Assembly (NCBI RefSeq): GCF_964355755.1
Contig: NC_092676.1
Span: 11,966,571-12,030,570, forward strand
Direction: 5' to 3'
Source: Antedon mediterranea
Taxonomy: Eukaryota > Animalia > Echinodermata
Length of the DNA stretch: 64,000 nt
The notes beneath the pieces were generated by a model. It did not search any database, was not told the DNA's origin, and saw only the letters and a list, made by a program, of their open reading frames with translations. The translations under genes were made by a program, and so were the position numbers. This document shows positions 1-13,600 of this stretch, one piece after another; position 1 is the stretch's first letter; each line of letters begins with the position of its first letter.

Positions 1-187
1 TTTGACCACATTTTGGTCCCTAACTTGGTGAAATGATGTTAAAATATAGCTTAGAACATTCCCGGTACAATTTCGGTCATTTTGATACCCCATATGTAAG
101 ATTATGTGCAGTAACAACATTTTGTATAACGAACAAACAAACAGACAGACAAACAGACAGAAAAACTCTCTCACTTATAATATAGAT
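1..187 (-). mobile_element. 5' end of a non-autonomous Helitron/Helentron-like element, running off the window edge
   Basis: The minus strand reads A|TCTATATTATAAGTGAGAGAG followed by a (GTCT/GTTT)n microsatellite. A TC start after A plus an early GTCT microsatellite is typical of invertebrate non-autonomous Helitrons. Confidence 0.5.
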
Positions 188-307
188 GTTAAGATGTAGG
201 CTACTTATTTAATTACATAAATTTACCTGTTCTTGTCTTTGGGAAAATTGTAAAACTTAAGTTCTGGGTTGGCCTTTGAATTGCTTTTACAATTAATTGC
301 AGCACAG

Positions 308-614
308 TACATCCCTCCACTTTTTCTCTTTTAATTCATTGTTTGTTAACCATACAAACTTTGGCGCGAATACTCAAGAATACTGCGATCGTCACGCAAA
401 AGTTCGTTACAAAGATCTTATATACTAAAGATGTGACACTACCCGCGTTTACGCGTAACACTTTAGAAGCGTCAAATTATAGTGCGCCCCCTCGCTTAAA
501 CAAGTAACGAACTTTTGCGTGACGATCGCAGTATTCTTTAGGGATTGAGTATTCGCGCCAAAGTTTGTATGGTTAACAAACAATGAATTAAAAGAGAAAA
601 AGTGGAGGGAGGTA
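308..614. repeat. Long inverted repeat: arms ~312-410 and 504-610, 93-bp loop
   Basis: tccctccactttttctc...aagttcgttac is the reverse complement of gtaacgaactttt...aagtggaggga, except for an 8-bp indel. Confidence 0.95.
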
Positions 615-1431
615 TGGTAAAGTTGTAGGAGGTCTGTACGCGCCCCCCGGTCTGTGCATTATCGGCTAGAAATGATGATCATTACGACGGTCTGGTATGA
701 TGAATAATTGTAAATATGATGATTTTATTTCAATGTTTCTACATTTATTATATTTCCTCTCGGTGGCCCGTGCATCATTTCACAATAGTTATTGAGTTAA
801 TGTTAAACTGAGACTACTATAAAATAACTAATTGTTATCTCAGGTTTTAAATAAATTATAATAATAAATGAATGTCATGGCGAATGATGGGTACATAATA
901 CAGTAGGCCTAGTATGAATTATCTCAGAATTGACTATCATAATCTGTTTCATGTCATGACTGTAGGCTTAAGCCTATGATTGTTTATAAATATATTCCGA
1001 AAAATTACTGTAATAAAATAGTCGAAGTAGTGATTTTAAAAAGTGACTTCTTGTTCTTTTTTAATTGTTTATAACACACTGTTTTGACTAATATATGTTC
1101 CTAATCTGCACTGTTTTGCTGCTGGATGAAAAAGAAGAAAACATCAAGAACAAAAACGGAATACGATGCGCTTAGTGTTAATACCATAGCCGACTCGCAT
1201 AAATAAGTAGTAGTGCGGATGTGAGTGATGATTACTCTTAGATGATGATTTTGAGGATGATGATAAACATTCAATAATAACAACAATATTCAGTAATTAA
1301 AACAAATAGAGATATACAAAGTACAGTAAATAAGTCTATCATTATAATTTAATCGCACATTACCGCAATTATTGTGATGAAAAAAATTGAGTATTCAGTT
1401 ACAATACAGTAGACATATCTGATCCATAAAT

Positions 1432-1641
1432 CTACTTGTTTGAGCGAGAGGACGCCCTATAAAATGAGCTCCATGTGTGTTACATGAATTGCACGTAAAA
1501 TACCGAGTGTGTCCCATCTTTAGTATATAAGATATTTGGTTCGTTACTTGTTTAAGCGAGGGGGCGCACTATAATTTGACGCTTCTAAAGTGTTACGCGT
1601 AAACGCGGGTAGTGTCACGTCTTTAGTATATAAGATCTTTG
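1432..1641 (-). repeat. Two tandem inverted copies of the 410-512 module (1539-1641 near-identical; 1432-1538 diverged); possible TIR/MITE ends
   Basis: 1539-1641 is the reverse complement of 410-512 with one mismatch seen. 1432-1538 shares tacttgttt.agcgag and catctttagtatataagat.tttg. Confidence 0.85.
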
Positions 1642-4600
1642 CTGTACGTAAAAACGGGGTCGGTGTCTGCACGTGAAATCGGGGTCGATGTCTGTGCGTA
1701 AAATCGGATTCGATAACTGTATGTAAAAACGGGGTCGATGTCTGTACGTCAAAACTAGGTAGATGAATATATGTAAAATCAGGGTCGATGCTGTGCGTAA
1801 AAACTAAGTCCATGTATGTACGTAAAATCGAGGTACATGTCTATACGTAAAATCAGGGTCGATGTCGATGTCTGTAGTTAAAAACTAGGTCGATGTCTGT
1901 ACGTAAAAACGGGGTCGATGTCTGCACGTAAAAACGGGGTCGATGGCTGTACGTAAAAACGTGGTCGATGTCTGTACGTAAAAACTGGGTCGATGTCTGT
2001 ACGTAAAATCGGGGTCCATATCTGTACGTAAAGTCGGGGTCGCTGTCATTGCATAAAAACTATGTCGAGGTCTGTAAGTAAAAACTAGGCCGATGTATGT
2101 ACGTAAAAACTAGGTCGATGTCTGTACGTCAAAACTAGGTCGATGTCTGTATATAAAATCGGGGTCGATGTCGGTACGTTAAACGGAGTCGATTTCTGTA
2201 CGTAAAATAGGGATCAACGTATGTACGTAAAATCGGGGTCGATGTATGTACGTAAAATCAGGGTCGATGTCTGTACGTAAAAACGGGGTCGATGTCTGTA
2301 CGTAAATACGAGATCGATGTCTGTAGGTAAATACGGGATCGATGTCTGTTCGTGAAATCGGGGTCGATGTCTGTACGTCAAAACTAGATCGATGTCTGTA
2401 CGTAAAATCGGGGTCGATGTCTGTACCTAAAATCGAGGTCGATGTATGTACGTAAAATCGGGGTCAATGCCTCTACATAAAATCGAGGTTGATGTCGGTA
2501 CGTAAAAACTAGGTCGATGTCTGTACGTAAAAGCGGAGTCGATATATGTATGTAAAAACGGGGTCGATGTCTGTACGTCAAAACTAGGTCGATGTCTGTA
2601 TGTAAAATCAGGGTCGATGTCTTTACGTAAAAATTAGGTCGATGTCTGTACTTAAAATCGGGGTCGATGTCTGTACGTAAAATCGAGGTCGATGTCTGTA
2701 CGTAAATTTGGGGTCGATGTATGTACGTACAATCGGGGTCGATGTATGTACGTAAAATCGGGGTCGATGTGTATACATAAAATCGGGATCGATGTTTGTA
2801 CGTTAAATCGGAGTCGATGCCTGTACGGAAAATCGGGTTCGATGTCTGTACGTAAAAACTGGGTCGATGACTGTATGTAAAATCGGGTCGATGTATTTAC
2901 GTAAAATCGGGGTCGATGTCTGTACGTAAAATCGTGGTCGATGTATGTACGTAAACTCGGGGTCGATGTATGTACGTAAAATCGGGGTCGATGTATGTAC
3001 GTTAAATCGGGATCGATGTTTGTACGTAGAAACTAGGTCGATGTCTGTAAGTAAATACGGGATCGATGTCTGTACGTACATACGGGATCTATGTCTGTAC
3101 GTAAAATCGGGGTCGATGTCTGTACGTAAAATATGAGTCGACGACTGTACGTGAAATCGGGTCAATGTATGTACGTAAAATCGGAGTCGATGTATGTACG
3201 TAAAATCGGGATCGATATATGTACGTTAAATCGGGATCGATGTTTGCACGTAGAAACTAGGTCGATGTCTGTAAGTAAATACTGGATCGATGTCTGTACG
3301 TAAATACGGGATCGATGTCTATTCGTGAAATCGGGGTCGTTGTCTTTGCGTAAAATTGGTGTCGATGTCTGTACGTCAAAACGGGGTAGATATCTGTACG
3401 TCAAAACTAGGTCGATGTCTGTACGTCAAAACTAGGTCGCTGTCTGTACGTAAAATAGGAGTCGATGTATGTATGTAAAATCGGGGTCAATGTATGTACG
3501 TAAAATCGGGGTCAATGTCTGTACGTAATATCGAGGTTGATGTATGAACTTAAAAACTGGGTCGACGACTGTACGTAAAATCGGGTCGATGTCTGTACGT
3601 AAAAACGGGGTCGATGTCTGTACGTAAATACGAGATCGATGTCTGTACGTAAATACGGGATGGATGTCTGTTCGTGAAATCGGGGTCAATGTCTGTACGT
3701 CAAAACTAGATCGATGTCTGTACGTAAAATCGGGGTCGATGTATGTACATAAAATCGGGGTTGATGTCTGTACGTTAAATCGGAATCGATGCCTGTACGG
3801 TAAATCGGGTTCGATGTATGTACGTTAAATCGGGGTCGATGTCTGAACGTAAAATCGGGGTCGATGTCTGTACGTAAAATCGAGGTCGATGTCTGTACGT
3901 AAATTTGGGGTCGATGTATGTACGTACAATCGGGGTCGATGTATGTACGTAAAATCGGGGTCGATGTGTATACATAAAATCGGGATCGATGTTTGTACGT
4001 TAAATCGGAGTCGATGCCTGTACGGAAAATCGGGTTCGATGTCTGTACGTAAAAACTGGGTCGATGACTGTATGTAAAATCGGGTCGATGTATTTACGTA
4101 AAATCGGGGTCGATGTCTGTACGTAAAATCGTGGTCGATGTATGTACGTAAACTCGGGGTCGATGTATGTACGTAAAATCGGGGTCGATGTATGTACGTT
4201 AAATCGGGATCGATGTTTGTACGTAGAAACTAGGTCGATGTCTGTAAGTAAATACGGGATCGATGTCTGTACGTACATACGGGATCTATGTCTGTACGTA
4301 AAATCGGGGTCGATGTCTGTACGTAAAATATGAGTCGACGACTGTACGTAAAATCGGGTCAATGTATGTACGTAAAATCGGAGTCGATGTATGTACGTAA
4401 AATCGGGATCGATATATGTACGTTAAATCGGGATCGATGTTTGCACGTAGAAACTAGGTCGATGTCTGTAAGTAAATACTGGATCGATGTCTGTACGTAA
4501 ATACGGGATCGATGTCTATTCGTGAAATCGGGGTCGTTGTCTTTGCGTAAAATTGGTGTCGATGTCTGTACGTCAAAACGGGGTAGATATCTGTACGTCA

Positions 4601-7600
4601 AAACTAGGTCGATGTCTGTACGTCAAAACTAGGTCGCTGTCTGTACGTAAAATAGGAGTCGATGTATGTATGTAAAATCGGGGTCGATGTATGTACGTAA
4701 AATCGGGGTCAATGTATGTACGTAATATCGAGGTTGATGTATGAACTTAAAAACTGGGTCGACGACTGTACGTAAAATCGGGTCGATGTCTGTACGTAAA
4801 AACGGGGTCGATGTCTGTACGTCAATACGAGATCGATGTCTGTACGTAAATACGGGATCGATGTCTGTTCGTGAAATCGGGGTCGATGTCTGTACGTCAA
4901 AACTAGATCGATGTCTGTACGTAAAATCGGGGTCGATGTCTGTACCTAAAATCGAGGTCAATGTATGTACGTAAAATCGGGGTCAATGTCTCTACGTAAA
5001 ATCGAGGTTGATGTCGGTACGTAAAAACTAGGTCGATGTCTGTACGTAAAAACGGAGTCGATATATGTATGTAAAAACGGGGTCGATGTCTGTACGTCAA
5101 AACTAGGTCGATGTCTTTACGTAAAATCGGGGTCGATGTCTGTACGTAAAATCGGGGTCGATGTCTGTACGTAAATTTGGGGTCGATGTATGTACGTAAA
5201 ATCGGGGTCGATGTATGTACGTAAAATCGGGGTCGATGTGTATACATAAAATCGGGATCGATGTTTGTACGTTAAATCGGAGTCGATGCCTGTACGTATA
5301 ATCGGGGTCGCTGTATGTATGTAAAATAGGAGTCGATGTATGTATGTAAAATCGGGGTCGATGTATGTACGTAAAATCGGGGTCAATGTCTGTACGTAAT
5401 ATCGAGGTTGATGTATGTACTTAAAATCGAGGTTGATGTCAGTACGTAAAAACTAGGTCGATGTCTGTACGTAAAAACGGAGTCGATATATGTATATAAA
5501 AACGGGGTCGATGTCTGTACGTCAAAAATAGGTCGATGTCTGTATGTAAAATCAGGGTCGATGTCTTTACGTAAAAATTAGGGTCATTGTCTGTACGTAA
5601 AATCGGGGTCGATGTCTGTACGTAAAATCGGGGTCGATGTCTGTACGTAAATTTGGAGTCGATGTATGTACGTAAAATCGGGGTCGATGTATGTACGTAA
5701 AATCGGGGTCGATGTGTATACATAAAATCGGGATCGATGTTTGTACGTTAAATCGGAGTCGATGCCTGTACGAAAAATCGGGGTCGATGTCTGTACGTAA
5801 AAACTGGGTCGATGACTGTACGTAAAATCGGGTCGATCTATTTACGTAAAATCGGGGTCGATGTCTGTACGTAAAATCGTGGTCGATGTATGTACGTAAA
5901 ATCGGGATCGATGTATGTACGTAAAATCGGGGTCGATGTATGTACGTTAAATCGGGATCGATGTTTGTACGTAGAAACTAGGTCGATGTCTGTAAGTAAA
6001 TACGGGATCGATGTCTGCACGTACATACGGGATCGATGTCTGTACGTAAAATCGGGGTCCATGTCTGTACGTAAAATAGGAGTCGACGACTGTACGTAAA
6101 ATCGGGTCAATGTATGTACGTAAAATCGGAGTCGATGTATGTACGTAAAATAGGGATCGATATATGTACGTTAAATTGGGATCGATGTTTGCACGTAGAA
6201 ACTAGGTCGATGTCTGTAAGTAAATACTGGATCGATGTCTGTACGTAAATACGGGATCGATGTCTATTCGTGAAATCAGGGTCGTTGTCTTTGCGTAAAA
6301 TTGGTGTCGATGTCTGTACGTCAAAACGGGGTAGATATCTGTACGTCAAAACTAGGTCGATGTCTGTACGTAAAATCGGGGTCGCTGTCTGTGTGTAAAA
6401 TAGGAGTCGATGTATGTATCTAAAATCGGGGTCGATGTATGTACGTAAAATCGGGGTCAATGTCTGTACGTAATATCGAGGTTGATGTATGTACTTAAAA
6501 ACTGGGTCGATGACTGTACGTAAAATCGGGTCGATGTATGTACGTAAAATCGGAGTCGATGTCTGTACGTAAAATCGGGGTCGATGTATGTACGTAAAAT
6601 CGGGGTCGATGTTTGTATGTAGAAACTAAGTCGATGTCTGTAAGTAAATATGGGATCGATGTCTGTATGTAAAAAGAGGGTCGATGTCGGTACGTAAAAT
6701 CGTAGTCGATGTCTGTACGTAAATACTAGGTTGATGTCTGTACGTAAATACGGAATCGATATCTATTCGTGAAATCGGGGTCGTTGTCTTTGCGTAAAAT
6801 TGGTGTCGATGTCTGAATGTAAAATCGGGATCGTTGTCTGTATGTAAAATGAGGTCTATGTCTGTACGTAAAATAGATGTCAAAGTATGCACGTAAAATC
6901 GAAGTCGATGTCAGTACGTAAAAACTAGGTCGATGTCTGTACGTAAAAAGGTGTCGATGTCTGTACGTAAAAACTGGGTCAATGTCTGTACGTAAAAACT
7001 GGGTCAATGTCTGTACGTAAAATCGGGGTCGATGTATGCACGTAAAATCGGGGTTGATGTATGTACATAAAATCGGGGTCGATGTCTGTACGTGAAATCG
7101 GGATCGTTGTCTTTTCGTAAAATCGGTGTCGATGTCTGTAACTCAAAACGGGGTTGATGTCTGTACGTAAAATCAGGGTCGCTGTCGGTACGTAAAATCG
7201 GGGTCGCTGTCTTTACGTAAAAACGGAGTCGATGTCTGTACGTAAAAACGGGGTCGATGTTGGTACGTTAAACGGAGTCGATGTATGTACGTAAAAACTA
7301 GGTCGATGTCTGTACGTAAATACGGGGTCGATGTCTTGCGTAAAAACTAGGTCGATCTCTGTACGTAAAAAACTAGATCGATGTCTGTATGTAAAAACAG
7401 GGTCGATGTCTGTGCGTGAAAACTAGGTCGATGTATGTAGGTTAAAACTAGGTCGATGTCTGTACGTAAAATCATTGTCGATGTCTGTACGTAAAATCGG
7501 GGTCGATGTCGCTACGTTGATTTGTGGTCGATGTATGTACGTAAAATCGAGGTACATGTCTGTACGTAAAATCAGGGTCGATGTCTGTACGTAAAAACGT

Positions 7601-10600
7601 GGTCGATGTCTGTAGTTCAAAACTAGGTCGATGTCTGTACGTAAAATCATTGTCGATACCTGTACGTAAAAACGGGTTCGATGTCTGCACGTAAAATCGG
7701 GGCCGATGTCTATACGTCAAGTCGAGGTCGATGTATATGTGTATGTAAAAACGGGGTCGATGTATGTATGTAAAAACTAGGTCGATGTCTGTACGTAAAA
7801 TAGGGTCGATGTCTGTACGTAAAATCAGTGTCGATGTCTGTACCTAAAAACTAGGTTGATTTCTGTATGTAAAATCGGGGTCGTAATCGGTACGTAAAAC
7901 GGTGTCGCTGTCTGTACGTAAAAACTGTGTTGATGTCTGCACGTAAAAACGTGGTCGATGTCTGTACGTGAAATCGGAGTCGATATCTTTGCGTAAAATC
8001 TGTGTCGATGTATGTACGTCAAAACTAGGTCGATGTCTGTACGTAAAATCGGGGTCGATGCATGTACGTAAAATCGAGGTCAATGTCTGTACGTAAAATC
8101 GGGGTCGATGTATGTACGTAAAATCGGGGTCGATGTCTGTACGTAAAATTGAGGTCGATGTCGGTACGTAAAAACTAGGTCGATGTCTGTACGTAAAAAC
8201 AGAGTATATGTCTCTATGTAAAAACGGGGTCGTAATCGGTACGTAAAACGGTGTCGCTGTCTGTACGTAAAAACTGTGTTGATGTCTGCACGTAAAAACG
8301 TGGTCGATGTCTGTACGTGAAATCGGAGTCGATATCTTTGCGTAAAATCTGTGTCGATGTATGTACGTCAAAACTAGGTCGATGACTGTACATAAAATCG
8401 AGGTCGATGTCTGTACGTAAAATCAGGGTCGATGTATGTATGTAAAATCGGGGTCGATGTCTGTACGTGAAATTGAGGTCGATGTCGGTACGTAAAAACT
8501 AGGTCGATGTCTGTACGTAAAAACAGAGTCGATGTCTCTATGTAAAAACGGGTTCGATGTATGTACGTTAAATCGGGGTCGATGTCTGTACATAAAATCG
8601 GGGTCGATGTCTGTACGTAAAAACTGGGTCGATCTCTGTACGTAAAATAGGGGTCGATGTATGTACGTAAAATCGGGATCGATGTCTGTACGTAAAATCG
8701 GGGTCGATGCTTGTACGTAAATACGGGCTCGATGTCTGTTCGTAAAATCGAGGTCAATGTCTGTACGTAAAATTGGGGTCGATGTATGTACGTAAAATCG
8801 GGGTCGATGTCTGTACGTAAAATTGAGGTCGATGTCGGTACGTAAAAACAAGATCGATGTCTGTACGTAAAATCAGGGTCGATGTCTTTACGTAAAAATT
8901 AGGTCGTTGTCTGTACGTAAAATCGGGGTCGATGTCTGTATGTAAAATGAGGTCGATGTCTGTACGTAAAATAGATGTCAAAGTATGTACATAAAATCGA
9001 AGTCGATGTCAGTACGTAAAAACTAGGTCGATGTCTGTACGTAAAAAGGTGTCGATGTCTGTACGTAAAAACTGGGTCAATGTCTGTACGTAAAAACTGG
9101 GTCAATGTCTGTACGTAAAATCGGGGTCGATGTATGCACGTAAAATCGGGGTTGATGTATGTACATAAAACCGGGGTCGATGTCTGTACGTGAAATCGGG
9201 ATCGTTGTCTTTTCGTAAAATCGGTGTCGATGTCTGTAACTCAAAACGGGGTTGATGTCTGTACGTAAAATCAGGGTCGCTGTCGGTACCTAAAATCGGG
9301 GTCGCTGTCTTTACGTAAAAACGGAGTCGATATCTGTACGTAAAAACGGGGTCGATGTTGGTACGTTAAACGGAGTCGATGTATGTACGTAAAAACTAGG
9401 TCGATGTCTGTACGTAAATACGGGGTCGATGTCTTGCGTAAAAACTAGGTCGATCTCTGTACGTAAAAAACTAGATCGATGTCTGTATGTAAAAACAGGG
9501 TCGATGTCTGTGCGTGAAAACTAGGTCGATGTATGTAGGTCAAAACTAGGTCAATGTCTGTACGTAAAATCATTGTCGATGTCTGTACGTAAAATCGGGG
9601 TCGATGTCTCTACGTTGATTTGTGGTCGATGTATGTACGTAAAATCGCGGTACATGTCTGTACGTTAAATCAGGGTCGATGTCTGTACGTAAAAACGTGG
9701 TCGATGTCTGTAGTTCAAAACTAGGTCGATGTCTGTACGTAAAATCATTGTCGATACCTGTACGTAAAAACGGGTTCGATGTCTGCACGTAAAATCGGGG
9801 TCGATGTCTATACGTCAAATCGAGGTCGATGTATATGTGTATGTAAAAACGGGGTCGATGTATGTATGTAAAAACTAGGTCGATGTCTGTACGTAAAATA
9901 GGGGTCGATGTCTGTACGTAAAATCAGTGTCGATGTCTGTACCTAAAAACTAGGTTGATTTCTGTATGTAAAATCGGGGTCGTAATCGGTACGTAAAACG
10001 GTGTCGCTGTCTGTACGTAAAAACTGTGTTGATGTCTGCACGTAAAAACGTGGTCGATGTCTGTACGTGAAATCGGAGTCGATATCTTTGCGTAAAATCT
10101 GTGTCGATGTATGTACGTCAAAACTAGGTCGATGTCTGTACGTAAAATCAGGGTCGATGCATGTACGTAAAATCGGGTTCGATGTATGTACGTTAAATCG
10201 GGGTCAATGTCTGAACGTAAAATCGGGGTCGATGTCTGTACGTAAAAACTGGATCGATCTCTGTACGTAAAATAGGGGTCGATGTATATATGTAAAATCG
10301 GGGTCGATGTATGTACGTAAAATAGGGATCCATGTCGGTACGTAAATTCGAGGTTGATGTCTGTACGTAAAAACTGGGTCGATGACTGTACGTAAAATCG
10401 GGTCGATGTCTGTACGTAAAATTGGGGTCGATGTCTGTACGTAAAATCGGGGTCGATGTCTGTACGTAAAATCGGGGTCAATGTCTGTACGTAAAATCGG
10501 GGTCAATGTCTGTACGTAAAATCGGGGTCGATGTATGTACATAAAATCGGGGTCGATGTCTGTACTTAAAATCGGGGTCGATGTATGTATGTAAAATAGG

Positions 10601-13600
10601 GATAGATGTCGGTACGTAAAATCGGGGTCGATGTCTGTATGTAAAATCGATGTTGATGTCTGTACGTAAAAACTTGGTCGATGACTGTACGTAAAATCGG
10701 GGTCGATGTATGTATGTCAAATCGGGTTCGATGTATGTACCTTAAATCGGGGTCGATGTCTGTACGTAAAATCGGGGTCGATGTCTGTACGTAAAAACTG
10801 GGTCGATCTCTGTACGTAAAATCGGGGTCGATGTCTGTACGTCAATACGGGATCGATGTCTGTTCGTGAATTCGGGGTCGTTGTCTTTACGTAAAATCGC
10901 TGTCGATGTATGTAAGTCAAAACGGGGTCGATATCTGTACGTTAAAACTAGGTCGATGTCTGTAAGTAAAATCGGGGTCGCTGTCTGTATGTAAAATTGA
11001 GGTCGATGTCGGTACGTAAAAACGGGGTCGATGTCTGTATGTAAAATCAGGGTCGATGTCTGTACGTAAAAACTAGGTCGATGTCTGTACGTAAAATCGG
11101 GGTCGATGTCTGTACGTAAAAACTGGGTCGATCTCTGTACGTAAAATCGGGGTCGATGTCTGTACGTCAATACGGGATCGATGTCTGTTCGTGAATTCGG
11201 GGTCGTTGTCTTTACGTAAAATCGCTGTCGATGTATGTAAGTCAAAACGGGGTCGATATCTGTACGTTAAAACTAGGTCGATGTCTGTAAGTAAAATCGG
11301 GGTCGCTGTCTGTATGTAAAATTGAGGTCGATGTCGGTACGTAAAAACGGGGTCGATGTCTGTATGTAAAATCAGGGTCGATGTCTGTACGTAAAAACTA
11401 GGTCGATGTCTGTACGTAAAATCGGGGTCGATGTCTGTACGTAAAAACTGGTTCGATCTCTGTACGTAAAATAGGGGTCGATGTCTGTACGTCAATACGG
11501 GATCGATGTCTGTTCGTGAAATCGGGGTCGTTGTCTTTACGTAAAATCTCTGTCGATGTATGTAAGTCAAAACGGGATCGATATCTGTACGTTAAAACTA
11601 GGTCGATGTCTTTAAGTAAAATCGGGGTCGCTGTCTGTACGTAAAATTGAGGTCGATGTCGGTACGTAAAAACGGGGTCGATGTCTGTATGTAAAATCAG
11701 GGTCGATGTCTGTACGTAAAAACTAGGTCGATGTCTGTACGTAAAAACGGAGTCGATATATGTACGTCAAAACTAGGTCGATGTCTGTTTGTAAAATCAG
11801 GGTCGATGTCTGTACGTAAAAACTAGGTCGATGTCTGTACGTAAAAATGGGGTCGATGTCTATACGTAAAATAGGGGTCGATGTCTGTACGTAAAATCGG
11901 GGTCGATGTATGTACATAAAATCGGGGTTGATGTCTGTACGTTAAATCGGAATCGATGCCTGTACGGTAAATCGGGTTCGATGTATGTACGTTAAATCGG
12001 GGTCGATGTCTGAACGTAAAATCGGGGTCGATGTCTGTACGTAAAAACTGGATCGATCTCTGTACGTAAAATAGGGGTCGATGTATATATGTAAAATCGG
12101 GGTCGATGTATGTACGTAAAATAGGGATCCATGTCGGTACGTAAACTCGAGGTTGATGTCTGTACGTAAAAACTGGGTCGATGACTGTACGTAAAATCGG
12201 GTCGATGTCTGTACGTAAAATTCGGGGTCGATGTCTGTACGTAAAATCGGGGTCGATGTCTGTACGTAAAATCGGGGGTCGATGTCTGTACGTAAAATCG
12301 GGGTCAATGTCTGTACGTAAAATTGGGGTCGATGTATGTACATAAAATCGGGGTCGATGTCTGTACGTAAAATCGGGGTCGATGTATGTACGTAAAATAG
12401 GGATAGATGTCGGTACGTAAATTCGGGGTCGATGTCTGTATGTAAAATCGATGTTGATGTCTGTACGTAAAAACTTGGTCGATGACTGTAGGTAAAATCG
12501 GGGTCGATGTATGTATGTCAAATCGGGTTCGATGTATGTACTTTAAATCGGGGTCGATGTCTGTACGTAAAATCGGGGTCGATGTCTGTACGTAAAAACT
12601 GGGTCGATCTCGGTACGTAAAATCGGGGTCGATGTCTGTACGTCAATACGGGATCGATGTCTGTTCGTGAAATCGGGGTCGTTGTCTTTACGTAAAATCG
12701 CTGTCGATGTATGTAAGTCAAAACGGGGTCGATATCTGTACTTTAAAACTAGGTCGATGTCTGTAAGTAAAATCGGGGTCGCTGTCTGTACGTAAAATTG
12801 AGGTCGATGTCGGTACGTAAAAACGGGGTCGATGTCTGTATGTAAAATCAGGGTTGATGTCTGTACGTAAAAACTAGGTCGATGTCTGTACGTAAAAACG
12901 GAGTCGATATATGTACGTCAAAAGTAGGTCGATGTCTGTTTGTAAAATCAGGGTCGATGTCTGTACGTAAAAACTAGGTCAATGTCTGTTCGTAAAAATG
13001 GGGTCGATGTCTATACGTAAAATAGGGGTCGATGTCTGTACGTAAAATCGGGGTCGATGTATGTACATAAAATCGGGGTCGATGTCTGTACGTTAAATTG
13101 GAATCGATGCCTGTACGGTAAATCAGGTTCGATGTATGTACGTTAAATCGGGGTCGATGTCTGAACGTATAATCGGGGTCGATGTCTGTACGTAAAAACT
13201 GGGTCGATCTCTGTACGTAAAATAGGGGTCGATGTATATATGTAAAATCTGGGTCGATGTATGTACGTAAAATAGGGATCGATTTCGGTACGTAAACTCG
13301 AGGTTGATGTCTGTACGTAAAAACTGGGTTGATGACTGTACGTTAAATCGAAGTCGATGCCTGTACGGTAAATCGGGTTCGATGTCTGTACGTAAAAACG
13401 TGGTCGATGTATGTACGTAAAATCGAGGTTGATGTCTGTATGTAAAAACTTGGTCGATGACTGTACGTAAAATCGGGGTCGATGTATGTACGTAAAATCG
13501 GGTTCGATGTCTGTACGTAAAATCGGGGTCGATGTCTGTACGTAAAATCGGGGTTAATGTCTGTACGTAAAATCGGGGTCGATATATGTACATAAAATCG

